A stretch of DNA of 64,000 nt from an uncultured Chloroflexia bacterium (GCA_963766735.1 CAVYBU010000030.1:160001-224000); one strand, 5' to 3'; positions 1 through 10,163 are shown, numbered from the stretch's first letter. Numbers and translations: made by a program. The notes: generated by a model not told the origin, from the sequence alone.

Positions 1-81
1 GCGATCAGAATGATATCACAGTGATACAAGCCTGGGCGACGGGTCGTGCACCGACCGGCCGCGTGGGCGATCATTGAGGCC

Positions 82-783
82 ATGGTGAGCACGCGACGCC
101 TCCTCCTGGCCGGGAGCCTTGCGCTGGGCGCAGGCGCGCTGGCGTATGCGGGCCGGCCCCGCCTGAGCGAGATCAGGCGGTCGTTCCGCACCTCGTCGTC
201 GCCCGGGGCAGCCGCGTACGACATCCTGGCGGGTCTCCTGCTTGGCGGCTACTACGACGACATCGCCGCCGACTGCGCCGCGACCCTGGACGGGGCGGCC
301 GCGCCCGAGATCCTGGAGGTGGGACCGGGCCCCGGGCACCTGGCGGAACGGCTGCTTGGCCTGATGCCGGGCGGGCGCTGGACAGGCGTCGACATCGACC
401 CGTCCATGCTGGATGCCGCCGAGCGCAGGCTTTCGGACGAGGGTCTCGCAGGCAGGTCACGCGTGGTGAGGGGCGACGTCGCAGCGCTGCCGTTCGAGGA
501 TGCCTCGTTCGACCTCGTGGTCAGCTCGCTGTCCGCGCACCACTGGCCAGACGCGGAGGCCGGCTTCCGCGAGATCCGCCGCGTCCTGCGACCCGGGGCG
601 GTGGCGCTCGTGTTCGATCTCCCGGAGAGCTGGGGGCACGTGGAGACCGGTTTCGGCGGCCTCGGCGCCGCCTCGACGGCCTTCGACACGCCGCGGCGCA
701 GCCGGATGCGCGGCCTGGGACCGTGGGCGCTGGTGTGGCGGGTCGAGCTGCGCCGCCAGGTGAACGCCGGCATCCCCGGCTGA
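82..783 (+). CDS. Class I SAM-dependent methyltransferase with N-terminal hydrophobic segment
   Basis: ORF 46..783, ATG at 82 preferred. Motif I ILEVGPGPG, GVDID, GDVAALPFEDASFDLVVS, HHW, EIRRVLRPG. Confidence 0.9.
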   Translation: MVSTRRLLLAGSLALGAGALAYAGRPRLSEIRRSFRTSSSPGAAAYDILAGLLLGGYYDDIAADCAATLDGAAAPEILEVGPGPGHLAERLLGLMPGGRWTGVDIDPSMLDAAERRLSDEGLAGRSRVVRGDVAALPFEDASFDLVVSSLSAHHWPDAEAGFREIRRVLRPGAVALVFDLPESWGHVETGFGGLGAASTAFDTPRRSRMRGLGPWALVWRVELRRQVNAGIPG

Positions 784-948
784 GCCATCCGCCCGGGCGC
801 GGGCGGGACCATCGTCGAGGGGCGGCCGGGACCGCCGGTCCATGGCCCGAACCGTCCGCGCACGCGAGGCTTGGGGCACTCCTCGCGGTCCACCGTGTCC
901 CGGCCAGTCGCCGGCGACTGACGAGCCGCCCCACCGACTCAGCCCGGA

Positions 949-2410
949 ATGCCCTTGACCTCCCGATACGCTCGAGCCCTCGCCACCGCCTGTTTCATCG
1001 TCGGGACCTTGCTGTCAGCCCTTCCGTCGACTGCCGCTGCCCTGGAACCGCCCCGCCCGCTGCCCGACTACCGCCCGGCATTCGTGACCGAGACGGACGA
1101 GCGCCCGTGGAGGGACTGCCTGTGGGCCTCGGGCGCGATGCTCCTCGACAAGTGGACCAACGGCGACGTGACGCGCACGCACCAGAAGCTGCGCAGGCTG
1201 GCGCGCGACCGTAGCGGCGGCTCAACGCTGGAAGACCTGAACGTGGCCTTCGGACGCCTGGGCATCGACCTGCGGTACTCGCCGGATGGTGGCGAGCGGA
1301 TCACGTGGTCGGCGCTGCTGAAGCGCCTCGCGAACGGCGCCGGAGCAGTCCTGCTCGGCAACGACTCGAGGCTGCCCCGCTGGTACGGACGCTGGGACTA
1401 CTCGTTCTGGAAGCTGACGAAGGACGAGAAGGCGGACAGGGACAACCACGCGGTCTACATCGAGCGCTACGACCGCAAGCGCGGGCGCGTGTGGCTGATG
1501 GACCCGCTGGGTCGCGGCAAATGGAAGGGCGAATGGATCAGCGTCCGGGCGCTGCGGCGCTTCGCATGGTCCAGCGGTGGCGCCTTGTTCGTGGCCGTCA
1601 CGCCCACCGCGAAGGCCGCTCCCTTTGCGGGGGTCACGACCGCGGACCCGCAGCTCTCGATGACCTCGACGACCCTCGATGCGACGTGGTGGCTCGAGGC
1701 GCCCCGCAAGTGGAAGTTCCCGGGCGCGGACGTCCGGGCGACATTCGAGCCCGCCGATGACCCGTTGCTTGCGGCGGCCGAGTCTGCCCCGGTGACGATG
1801 GCCGGAGAGGCGACCGCGGAGGCGCCGGCCGCTGCCGTCGCGTCGGTCGCGGGAAGGCTGCTCCGCACAACCGTTGCCCTGCCCACGGAAGCGGGCGCCT
1901 ATCGGGCGGACGTCACGTTGACGGACCTCCGGTTCGGGGAGGTCGTCGCGAGGGCTGAGCAGGTCGCGGTGTTCGTGCCGGGACCACGCAGGGCCACGCG
2001 TGCGCCTGCATGCGCGCGAAGAGGCGATCGAGGCGGGCAGGGCGATCACCGTTTCCGTGTCGGTGCGTAACACGGGCACGGCGTCCTGGGCCGATCGTGC
2101 CGGGTCCGCGCAGACCTCGAGCGGGCCGCCCCCGATCCGGGCAACCCGCGTCGTCGCCCGCTGGATCCCGTTGGATGTCCCGGCGGACGCCTTGGTCCCG
2201 GCGCCGGTGGAGCTCAAGGCGGTCCCGCTGGCCCCGGGCAAGGCCACGACGGTGAAGGCAGACCTCCTCGCACCCGGGTCGCCCGGCATCTGGGCACTGG
2301 TCGTGGATGTCGTCGATGACGTGGACGGATCGTTCGCCGCGCTGGGCAGCGCCCCGGCCGTCGGGGTCTACGGGGTGGTCGATCCGAGGGCGATCGCGGG
2401 GGTGGAGTAG
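949..2410 (+). CDS. Secreted C39/papain-like cysteine peptidase with C-terminal Ig-like domain; 1-nt frameshift near 1998
   Basis: Signal peptide ending AAA-LE. Triad-like motifs DCLWASGAM (Cys), NHAVYI (His), WLMDPLG (Asp). Coding sense continues in ORF 2000..2410 (VSVRNTGTASW...WALVVDVVDD, Ig-like). Confidence 0.65.
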
Positions 2411-2507
2411 CAGCACTCGCCCCAAGGGGGCGCGGTGGCGCCGCACCCACATCGTCTCCGGGTTGGCGCGGCGCCTGAAGCCCGGGCCCTGCGCGACGGA
2501 TGCCGCG

Positions 2508-2711
2508 TCAGCTCTCCGGGGCCTCCTCCGCGGGGACGATTTTCGCGCTCCCGGCGCTCGGGCGGATCTCGCTCACGTGTCCGTCGTCCCACCGGACGCG
2601 GTAGTTCACGCCGGCTGGCGACTCGAACACCTCGAGGACCTCGCCCTCGCGGACGTGCTGTCCGACCCTCTCGGTTTCGATGATGATGTGGTCTCCCGCC
2701 TTGCCCGTCAT
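2508..2711 (-). CDS. DUF1918 domain protein (SH3-like barrel)
   Basis: MTGKAGDHIIIE...REGEVLEV...YRVRWDDGHVS matches the DUF1918 pattern; GGAG RBS before ATG at 2711. Confidence 0.85.
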   Translation of the reverse strand: MTGKAGDHIIIETERVGQHVREGEVLEVFESPAGVNYRVRWDDGHVSEIRPSAGSAKIVPAEEAPES

Positions 2712-2932
2712 GGCTCCAACCTCCTTCGGCGCGACGTCCCCAGCATCGGTCCGGACGATGGTGTCCGCTAGGTCCGTTCGGTCCGTTCGGGTGGCACGTG
2801 GGCGGATATCGGGCGGTGGAGCGTCGGGCGGTTGGACCTGTGCCGGCTGGACATGGTTGACGCGCGGGAGACAATCGACCCCACCCGGTCGCGTGCGCAC
2901 CGCCGGCCGATGGCCACGTCCATGGAGAGCAC

Positions 2933-3208
2933 ATGAAAGCGTCCCCCTTCCCGGCCAGCGTCCTGCGGCCGGCGTCACCCATGGCGACCTGTACCTGCGA
3001 GCACTGGGTCCACTGCGACTGCACATGTCATGGGCGTGACTGCGATCCGCTGGAACAGGCGTGCGACGTCGCCTGGCTGGCCGACGATGGTGGCCTGACC
3101 TATTGGGGGTGCCCTTCCTGCATGCCCGGGCAGGGCACGCTGCACTACCTTGGTTGCGAGATGATTGGCTGGAACGTGCCCCTGCAGCGGCTCGACGCCC
3201 CCTCCTGA
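2933..3208 (+). CDS. Small Cys/His-rich hypothetical protein, probably metal-binding
   Basis: GGAGAG RBS then ATG. 91 aa with 10 Cys and 4 His (CTCEH, HCDCTCH, CPSC, HYLGC). Confidence 0.65.
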   Translation: MKASPFPASVLRPASPMATCTCEHWVHCDCTCHGRDCDPLEQACDVAWLADDGGLTYWGCPSCMPGQGTLHYLGCEMIGWNVPLQRLDAPS

Positions 3209-3356
3209 GCCCGCCCCGGGCGACCGGCCCGCAGCGTTCGGAGCCGCGCCATCTCGCGGAGTGCGAATCCGGACGATACTGACCCTGACGCCGGGCAGGC
3301 TCCTCGACCCGCCCGGCTCGCAGCCGCGAGGAATGCATGTTCAATACGGTGGTGAG

Positions 3357-4376
3357 GTGACCTACGACCTCGTGGTGTTCCCGGTCGATCGGGCGCTGAC
3401 CTTCGAGGAAGCGTCGGCTGCCATCGATGCCGTCGGCCGCGCCGGCACGCCGGGTGCCGCGCGCGATCCCCGCCTGGACCCGTTCATCGCCGCGATGCGG
3501 AAGCGGTACTGGCGGCTGCGCGTGATCGGGCTGCTGCCGCCGCCATTCGAGTTCGACGTTCTCGCGGGGCACGTCTTCATCAGCGTCCCGCGGAGCAGGG
3601 CCGCGGAGGTTGCCACGGCCGTCGGCGACGCCGCGTACCGCTCCGGGCTCGCCGTCCTTGACTCCCAGCGCACGGCCGTCGGCCTGCCGGCGCCGTACGC
3701 GGATGCTCCGATGACGGCCGAGGGCATCGAGCCCGACGTCACGTCGGGCGGCGACGCGCTGGCGAGGATCCGGCCGGGCGCGTTCCTTGCATCCAGCGGC
3801 CCCGAAGACGTCCAGGGCGGCGCCTCCAGCGGGCCGTCAGGGATCGGCGTGCACACGACGGGTCCGCTCGACGCGGAGGCACCCGGGGACGGCGCCGACG
3901 AGACCGCGGCCGACCCCCGGCGCGTGCCCACGAGCCTCCAGACGCCCGAGCACAGGGCGGAGCTCATCGGCGCCCTGGTCTCGACGAAGGTGGGAGAGCG
4001 GCACAGCGCGCTCGGCGAGCTCGCAGGCTGGGATCCGGATCCGGTGGTTGCGGCCGCGTTGAGGCCGATCCTCGCCTCGGACGATGTCTTCGCGGCGAGC
4101 GAGGCCGCCACAGGCCTGGCACGCCAGGCCGATGTCACGGATCTGCCCGGGGTCCTGAACCTCGTCTACCGCCTTTCGCCCGCGGACGGCGGGACCACGG
4201 AGGCGATGCTGATCCCGCTTCGCGCGGCCCTCTCCCTGGCGGAGCTCGGCGGCCCGGTGGCTGTCGAGGGCGTGAAGGACAGGGCGCGAACCTGGCGTGG
4301 GGCCCGCAAGGTCCGCCACCAGTCCTGGGAGCAGGTGTTCGACCAGGAGCTGGACGAGCTGCTCGAGGACGGGTAG
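3357..4376 (+). CDS. Hypothetical protein with C-terminal HEAT/PBS-lyase-like repeats
   Basis: Likely GTG start at 3357 (MTYDLVVF). C-terminal helical repeats (ERHSALGELA, VFAASEAATGLAR). Confidence 0.65.
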   Translation: MTYDLVVFPVDRALTFEEASAAIDAVGRAGTPGAARDPRLDPFIAAMRKRYWRLRVIGLLPPPFEFDVLAGHVFISVPRSRAAEVATAVGDAAYRSGLAVLDSQRTAVGLPAPYADAPMTAEGIEPDVTSGGDALARIRPGAFLASSGPEDVQGGASSGPSGIGVHTTGPLDAEAPGDGADETAADPRRVPTSLQTPEHRAELIGALVSTKVGERHSALGELAGWDPDPVVAAALRPILASDDVFAASEAATGLARQADVTDLPGVLNLVYRLSPADGGTTEAMLIPLRAALSLAELGGPVAVEGVKDRARTWRGARKVRHQSWEQVFDQELDELLEDG

Positions 4377-4401
4377 AGAGCGGGCTCGCGCCCGCAGGAC
4401 G

Positions 4402-5991
4402 CTAGGGACAGGTTCCCGGGCGGGGCTCCACGCGGTACACGGGCAAGGTGAAGGCCGCGATCGGACTCAGCGAGCCGATCCTGACGGTGAGTGCCTCGGT
4501 CACCGTGAACCGCTCCCGCGTCGGATCCAGGATGCCCGCGTTGACGGGCAGGATGAACACGGGCCGCGAGCAGATCACCGAGTCGATCCGCGCCTCGCGC
4601 GTGCCCCAGCCCTCGTATGCGATGTTCGTGTCGTCCACGATCAGCACGTCCGGCCGCTCCCCGAGAACGAACTGGGCATGCCACAGGGGCGGCGACGCCC
4701 CCCAGAACGAGAAGATCGCGGCGTTCTCCGGCAGCGCCGCGAACAGCGTGTCGACGTAGATCCGGGCGGAACGATCGCCGCTCCTGTCCGCCGCTGGCAG
4801 GTTGACGGCCATCAGCATCACCGCGAACGCAATTGCGGCGATGGGGATCGCGTACCCCGCAGCGTCGTTGACCGGTCGCGGCAGGTGGGTTTCCAGCGCC
4901 CGTGCCGCCTCCTCGAGCGCTACCGCGGCGCCGATGCCCAGCAGCAGCCAGGGCACCAGCAGGTAGTGCTCGAGCCGCAGGTAGTTCGCCCAGGCGTAGA
5001 TCCCAGCGACAAGCGCCCCCGCACATGCAAGGCCGAACGCGGGCCGCCGCACCACGAGGACGACGAGGCCGGCGAGGCCCACCACCGGAACGACCACCGT
5101 TGCCCGGGAGAGCGCGGTCGTCCAGAGCGTTGGCAGGCCGTCCCACAGGGGGCCCAGGCTCGCCATCGTGAACAGGCGGTCGTACTGGCCTCGGAACTGC
5201 TCCCCGGTGACGAGGAAGCGAAAGGCGTCATAGGTCGTCGGGTGGTTGTAGGGGAGCGCAGGTTCGAAGGCCGCAGCGATCGGGATGTAGAGGTACACCG
5301 CCAGGCCCGCCAGCACGGTCGCCACCGGCACCAGGATCAGCCGCTTCCGGTCCAGGAGCGTCCACCGGCCCGCCCACAGTGCGAACAGCACGAAGAACGG
5401 GGCCACGAACGCGGTCAGCAGGTGGTTGCCAAGCGACAGGCCGATCAGCAGGCCGCCGATCGCCAGGTCGCGCGTGCGCCGTCCGTCAGCCCAGGCCAGG
5501 GAGCGATCCACGAGGAGCGCGATCAAGGCGAGGTGGAGCGCGTTGACCTCCGCGACGACCGCGGAGCCCCAGATGGTACCGATCGCCCCCGTCGCGACGC
5601 CCACCGCGACCGCGATCGCCGGACGCACGCCGAGCCGAAGCGTCGTGGACGTCATCGCTGCCAGCGCCACCGCGACGCACACGGCGGCGAACAGGTTGGC
5701 GCGGAACGCGACGGACCCGATCGGCAGCAGCTCGAACAGCCAGGCCGTGATGACGTACGTGGGGTAGCCCGTCGGGTGGGCGATGCCGAGCACGTTGGGG
5801 ACCGTCTGCAGCTCGCCCCAGTCGTCGAACGCCATGTCCGGCAGGAGCGTCCGCAGGTAGAGCACCAGCGAGACGGCGAACACGACGAATGGCGCGATGC
5901 GTGCGCCAGGCGACGGCGGGACCGGCCGCTCCGCAACCGGATCCCAGCCCGGCGAGGAGCCGAGCGGCGGCCGCGATCGGTCTCGATCCAT
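4402..5991 (-). CDS. DUF2723 / TMEM260-like GT-C membrane glycosyltransferase
   Basis: DDWGELQ...LGIAHPTGYPTY, FRANLF, AEVNAL, GLSLGNH; many TM helices. Confidence 0.85.
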   Translation of the reverse strand: MDRDRSRPPLGSSPGWDPVAERPVPPSPGARIAPFVVFAVSLVLYLRTLLPDMAFDDWGELQTVPNVLGIAHPTGYPTYVITAWLFELLPIGSVAFRANLFAAVCVAVALAAMTSTTLRLGVRPAIAVAVGVATGAIGTIWGSAVVAEVNALHLALIALLVDRSLAWADGRRTRDLAIGGLLIGLSLGNHLLTAFVAPFFVLFALWAGRWTLLDRKRLILVPVATVLAGLAVYLYIPIAAAFEPALPYNHPTTYDAFRFLVTGEQFRGQYDRLFTMASLGPLWDGLPTLWTTALSRATVVVPVVGLAGLVVLVVRRPAFGLACAGALVAGIYAWANYLRLEHYLLVPWLLLGIGAAVALEEAARALETHLPRPVNDAAGYAIPIAAIAFAVMLMAVNLPAADRSGDRSARIYVDTLFAALPENAAIFSFWGASPPLWHAQFVLGERPDVLIVDDTNIAYEGWGTREARIDSVICSRPVFILPVNAGILDPTRERFTVTEALTVRIGSLSPIAAFTLPVYRVEPRPGTCP

Positions 5992-6135
5992 GGGCGGGGG
6001 TCCCCTCGTGGGTAGCGGGCGCCGGACGGTGCGCAGCGATCCTAGTCGACGGTGGCGATCCCGGGAGCGGTGCGGACGTCGGTGGTCACGGCCGGGGTGG
6101 GGGATGGCCGCAGTGTCTCCGACCGCGCGGTACCC

Positions 6136-6651
6136 CTACAGGCCCACGGCGATTGCCCGCCCCTTGGACGGTCGGCGGAGATCGTCGATGGCGGCGGACG
6201 CGGCCTTGATCTGGGCGGCTGCCTCGTCCGTGCCGAGGTCCAGGCGGCAGTAGGTGAAGCGCCCGGGGAGCACGCGTTCCATCATCGCACCCAGCCACTT
6301 CGTGAGATCCGTGCGATGACCCTTGCGGTTGCGCACGCCCGGGGTGATGGCGTGGATCAGCACCAGGCGACGCCGACTCCGCTCGAGCCACGGCCAGTAC
6401 TGGAGGACGTTCTCGGCCGGGTGTGTGTGCTTCTCCTCCACCTGGAGCGCCACCCATGCATGGTCACCAATCTCGGCCAGTCCACCGGCCACCCCGCCGA
6501 GGCCCACGACTCCATTGCCGGCGAACCTGACGTCGAGCATCCTGCCCAGCCTCTTCGCCACCTGGGCGTCGGTGAGGTCGCCCCATTCCTGTTTCGCCAA
6601 GGTTCGCCCCCACGCTCGAAGGGATCGGAGTCCCAACTCCATCGGCCCCAT
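6136..6651 (-). CDS. Hypothetical protein downstream of nrdJ
   Basis: The C-terminal part of ORF 6136..6822 from ATG 6651 or 6642 has protein-like composition; it starts ~60 bp after the nrdJ stop on the same strand. Confidence 0.65.
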   Translation of the reverse strand: MGPMELGLRSLRAWGRTLAKQEWGDLTDAQVAKRLGRMLDVRFAGNGVVGLGGVAGGLAEIGDHAWVALQVEEKHTHPAENVLQYWPWLERSRRRLVLIHAITPGVRNRKGHRTDLTKWLGAMMERVLPGRFTYCRLDLGTDEAAAQIKAASAAIDDLRRPSKGRAIAVGL

Positions 6652-6712
6652 TAGACACCGAGCGCCGGGTCTGTGCGGCCGGGCCCGCCGGGCATCCCCG
6701 GCCGCTCGAGGA

Positions 6713-9700
6713 TCAGCTGCAGCCGGAGGTGCTCCCGCAGTTGAGACACTTGTAGCAGGAGCCGTTGCGGACCATGATCGAGCCGCATTCAGCACAGGAC
6801 GGGGCGTCCGCCTGGGTGGCAAAGGCGACCTTCGGGCCGCCGCCGAGCGACCCGGCCCCGTTGCCTTTTGTTGACCCGTTGCCGTTGGCCGCGCCGTTGG
6901 TCGCGATGACCGTCAGCCCGTCCTTGGCGGCGGGCGCCGGCTCGACCGCCGTCGCCGCCGTCGCCGGTGGGGCGGCGTCCACCGCCGGCGCAGCCGCCGG
7001 AGCGGAACCCCTTGCCGTGTCGTCCCTGACCGGCGTGCGCGCCGGGGCGGGGACCGAGACGACTGCCTCTGACTGGGCGGTGATGCCCTCGTCCGCACGC
7101 GGGCGCAGGGCGCTGGCGCCGAACGCGTCTGGCGCGTCCGCCACCACCTGGGCACGCTCCTGGAGCCCGAGCGAGGACCGATCCTCGGCCGGCAGGAAGC
7201 GTGATCCCATCCAGCGGAAGATGTAGTCCACGAGGGACTTGGCGATCGGGATCTCCTGGTTGCCGGTGAAGCCGCTGGGCTCGAACCGCACGTGCGCGAA
7301 CTTGTTGACCACGTCCTTCAGCGGGACGCCGTACTGGAGCGCCAGGCTGACCGAGGTCGCCAGGGTGTCCATCAGGCCGCTGATCGTGGAGCCTTCCTTG
7401 GCCATCTTGAGGAAGATCTCGCCGGGCTGGCCGTCCGGGTACAGCCCGACGGTGATGTAGCCCTCGTGGCCGGAGATCTCGAACTTGTGGGTGACCGCGG
7501 CCCGCTCTGCCATGAGCCGGCGGCGATGCGGGCGGGTGGCCTCGACCTGGGCAGCCGCCAGCTGCGTGCGCAGGGCCTCGATGGTCTCCCGGTCCTCGGC
7601 GGAGCCCTCGTCCTTCTTCTTGCCAGTGCTGAGCGGCTGGCTGCGCTTGGAGCCGTCGCGGTAGATGGCGATGGCCTTGAGGCCCTGCTTCCAGCCCTCG
7701 AGATAGACGGTCTCGATCTCCTCGGCCGTGGCGCTCTCGGGCATGTTGACGGTCTTGCTGATGGCACCCGACAGGAACGGCTGGACAGCGCCCATCATCC
7801 GGATGTGGCCCATGTAATGGATGGACCGCTCGCCGTTGACCGGCTTGAAGGCGCAGTCGAAGACGGAGAGGTGCTCGGGCCTGAGGCCGGGCGCGCCCTC
7901 GATCGTCTCTCGCTCGTTGATGTAGGCCAGGATGTCCTCGACCTGGCTCGGGGTGTAGCCGAGCTTGCGCAGGGCCGCCGGCACGGTCTGGTTGACGATC
8001 TTGAGGTAGCCCTCGCCGACCAGCTTCTTGTACTTGATGAGCGCGATGTCGGGCTCGATGCCGGTGGTATCGCAATCCATCATGAACGCGATCGTTCCCG
8101 TCGGCGCAAGCAGGCTTGTCTGCGCATTGCGATATCCGTGCGCGCGCCCGATCTCGAGGGCCTCATCGATGACCTGCCGGGCCGCTTCCAGCATCTCGCT
8201 CGGCACGCCCTCCGCAGGGAGGCTGTGGGCGGCGTCGCGATGCATCTCGATCACGCGCAGGAACGGATCCCGGTTCTTGTCGAACTCGACGAATGGCCCG
8301 CCATGATCACGGGCAATCACCGCGGACTGCCGATACGACTCTCCATGCATGATGGCGGTCACGGCGCCGGCGTAGGCGCGCCCCTCGTCGGAGTCGTAGG
8401 CGAGGCCGCGGTTCATGAGCAGCGCGCCGAGGTTGGCGTAGCCCAGGCCCAGCGGCCGATACCGGTGGCTGTTCTCCTCGATCCTCGCCGTCGGGTAGGA
8501 GGCGTTGTCGACCAGGATCTCCTGGGCCGTGATCGTCACCTTCGCCGCGAAGCGGAAGGCGTCGACGTCGAACTCGCCGCTTCCGTCAACGAACTTCATG
8601 AGGTTGATGGAGGCCAGATTGCAGGAGCTGTCGTTGATGAAGCTGAACTCGCTGCACGGGTTGGTCGCGTACTGCCGGGCGCTGTTTGAAACGGGGTTCC
8701 AGTCGTTGATGGTGGTGTCGTACTGGATGCCCGGGTCCCCGCAGAGGTGGGCCGCGTCGGCCATCTGGCGGAAGATGTCCCGCGCCTTGTAGGTGCCGGC
8801 CGGCTGGCCGTCCGAGACCTCGTGGGTCTGCCACTCGGCGTCCCGTTCGACGGCCTTCATGAACTCGTTGGTCACACGGACGGAGTGGTTGGCGTTCTGG
8901 AAGAAGACGCTGCCATACGCCTCACCGGTGAAGGACGGGTCGTAGCCCTGCTCGATGAGGGCCCAGGCCTTCCTCTCCTCGTGCGCCTTGCTGTCGATGA
9001 ACTCGACGATGTCCGGATGGTCCACGTCCAGGATGACCATCTTGGCCGCGCGACGGGTCTTGCCGCCGCTCTTGATCACACCGGCGAACGCGTCGTAGCC
9101 GCGCATGAAGCTGACGGGACCGGAGGCGATGCCGCCGCCCGACATCCTGGCCTTGGACGAGCGGATGGGGGACAGGTTGACGCCCGCGCCGGAACCGTAC
9201 TTGAACAGCATGGCCTCGGTCTTGGCGAGATCCATGATGCTGCTCATGTTGTCCTGGACCGAGTTGATGAAGCACGCACTGCATTGCGGCTTCTGCTCGA
9301 TGCCGACGTTGAACCAGACCGGCGAGTTGAACGCCATCTTCTGGTGGACCAGGAGGTGGGTCAGCTCCGCCTGGAACGCGGCGAGGTCCTCGTCCGTGGC
9401 GAAGTAGCGGTTCGTCTCGGCCCAGGCCGCGATGGTGTTGACCACGCGGTCGATGAGCTGGCGGACGCTGTGCTCGCGCTCCGGCGTGCCGACATGGCCG
9501 CGGAAGTACTTGCTGACCACGACGTTCGTGGCGAGCTGGCTCCAGAAGACCGGGACCTCGACGTCCTTCTGCTCGAAGACGGTCTTGCCGCTCTCCGAGG
9601 AGATGCCGGCGGTCCGGTACTCCCAGGTGATCTCGTCGTAGGGGTGGACGCCGGGGCGGGTCCACCGGCGCTCGAAGGTGAGGCCGCGGGTCCCCTCGCC

Positions 9701-9835
9701 CGTGAAGCTGGCACCGTACTGGCCGCCGAGGCCCTTGCGAGCGCCGTTGGCGCCCTTGTTCCCGGTCTTGCCCGCGCGGGCCTTGGGCGTGGTCCTGTGT
9801 TCCATGACCGGGATGACCTCTCGAGACTGCGCCAT
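6713..9835 (-). CDS. nrdJ: Class II (adenosylcobalamin-dependent) ribonucleotide reductase with TSCPD domain and C-terminal Zn ribbon
   Basis: FNSPVWFN, QCSACFI, GGKTRRAAKM, TNPCSE, SCNLASINL, APTGTI, GAISKTVN; C-terminal CAECG...CYKCLNCGSTSGCS. AGGAG RBS before ATG at 9835. Confidence 0.97.
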   Translation of the reverse strand: MAQSREVIPVMEHRTTPKARAGKTGNKGANGARKGLGGQYGASFTGEGTRGLTFERRWTRPGVHPYDEITWEYRTAGISSESGKTVFEQKDVEVPVFWSQLATNVVVSKYFRGHVGTPEREHSVRQLIDRVVNTIAAWAETNRYFATDEDLAAFQAELTHLLVHQKMAFNSPVWFNVGIEQKPQCSACFINSVQDNMSSIMDLAKTEAMLFKYGSGAGVNLSPIRSSKARMSGGGIASGPVSFMRGYDAFAGVIKSGGKTRRAAKMVILDVDHPDIVEFIDSKAHEERKAWALIEQGYDPSFTGEAYGSVFFQNANHSVRVTNEFMKAVERDAEWQTHEVSDGQPAGTYKARDIFRQMADAAHLCGDPGIQYDTTINDWNPVSNSARQYATNPCSEFSFINDSSCNLASINLMKFVDGSGEFDVDAFRFAAKVTITAQEILVDNASYPTARIEENSHRYRPLGLGYANLGALLMNRGLAYDSDEGRAYAGAVTAIMHGESYRQSAVIARDHGGPFVEFDKNRDPFLRVIEMHRDAAHSLPAEGVPSEMLEAARQVIDEALEIGRAHGYRNAQTSLLAPTGTIAFMMDCDTTGIEPDIALIKYKKLVGEGYLKIVNQTVPAALRKLGYTPSQVEDILAYINERETIEGAPGLRPEHLSVFDCAFKPVNGERSIHYMGHIRMMGAVQPFLSGAISKTVNMPESATAEEIETVYLEGWKQGLKAIAIYRDGSKRSQPLSTGKKKDEGSAEDRETIEALRTQLAAAQVEATRPHRRRLMAERAAVTHKFEISGHEGYITVGLYPDGQPGEIFLKMAKEGSTISGLMDTLATSVSLALQYGVPLKDVVNKFAHVRFEPSGFTGNQEIPIAKSLVDYIFRWMGSRFLPAEDRSSLGLQERAQVVADAPDAFGASALRPRADEGITAQSEAVVSVPAPARTPVRDDTARGSAPAAAPAVDAAPPATAATAVEPAPAAKDGLTVIATNGAANGNGSTKGNGAGSLGGGPKVAFATQADAPSCAECGSIMVRNGSCYKCLNCGSTSGCS

Positions 9836-10126
9836 GTCGTCCGTTCTCCTCCGCTCCCGCCTCAGCGGGACCACGCTTGCCGTCGGCGGCACGGATGGGG
9901 CGTCCTCGCGGGCAGCGCTGCGTCCCGGGTGCCGGGCGGGACGCGGTGTGCGGGCTTGGGGCTCCGTCCGGCTGGTGATCCGCGGTCACGAGGATGGGGT
10001 GGCACGTAGCTGCGGATCGTCCGTTGGATCGTTCCGGCGCCGGCGGTCAATCCGGTCTGCCGTCCGTGGCGTTGGGCCGCTTTCGGGAGGGTTCCGGGGG
10101 TCGTCCGGCGCTGGGGCGACCTTCAA

Positions 10127-10155
10127 ACTGTACGCCGCGGCGAAAGCGTGGTCAA
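10127..10155 (-). promoter_or_regulatory. Sigma70-type promoter for nrdJ (proximal)
   Basis: Minus strand TTGACC (10150-10155), 17-bp spacer, TACAGT (10127-10132). Confidence 0.7.
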
Positions 10156-10163
10156 GCCCTGAA

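Noticed and set aside
905-945. Hammerhead ribozyme or c-di-AMP riboswitch upstream of the C39-like gene (CTGACGAG)
   Set aside because: The matching GAAA core and stems are not evident, and ydaO consensus blocks are absent.
6713-9835. Intein or intron in nrdJ
   Set aside because: The ORF is continuous, with no C...HN splice motifs or LAGLIDADG block; the extra length is the TSCPD domain and an Ala/Pro linker.
9836-10120. Cobalamin riboswitch before nrdJ
   Set aside because: No recognisable B12-box or GGGAA core; such switches usually control B12-independent isoenzymes.
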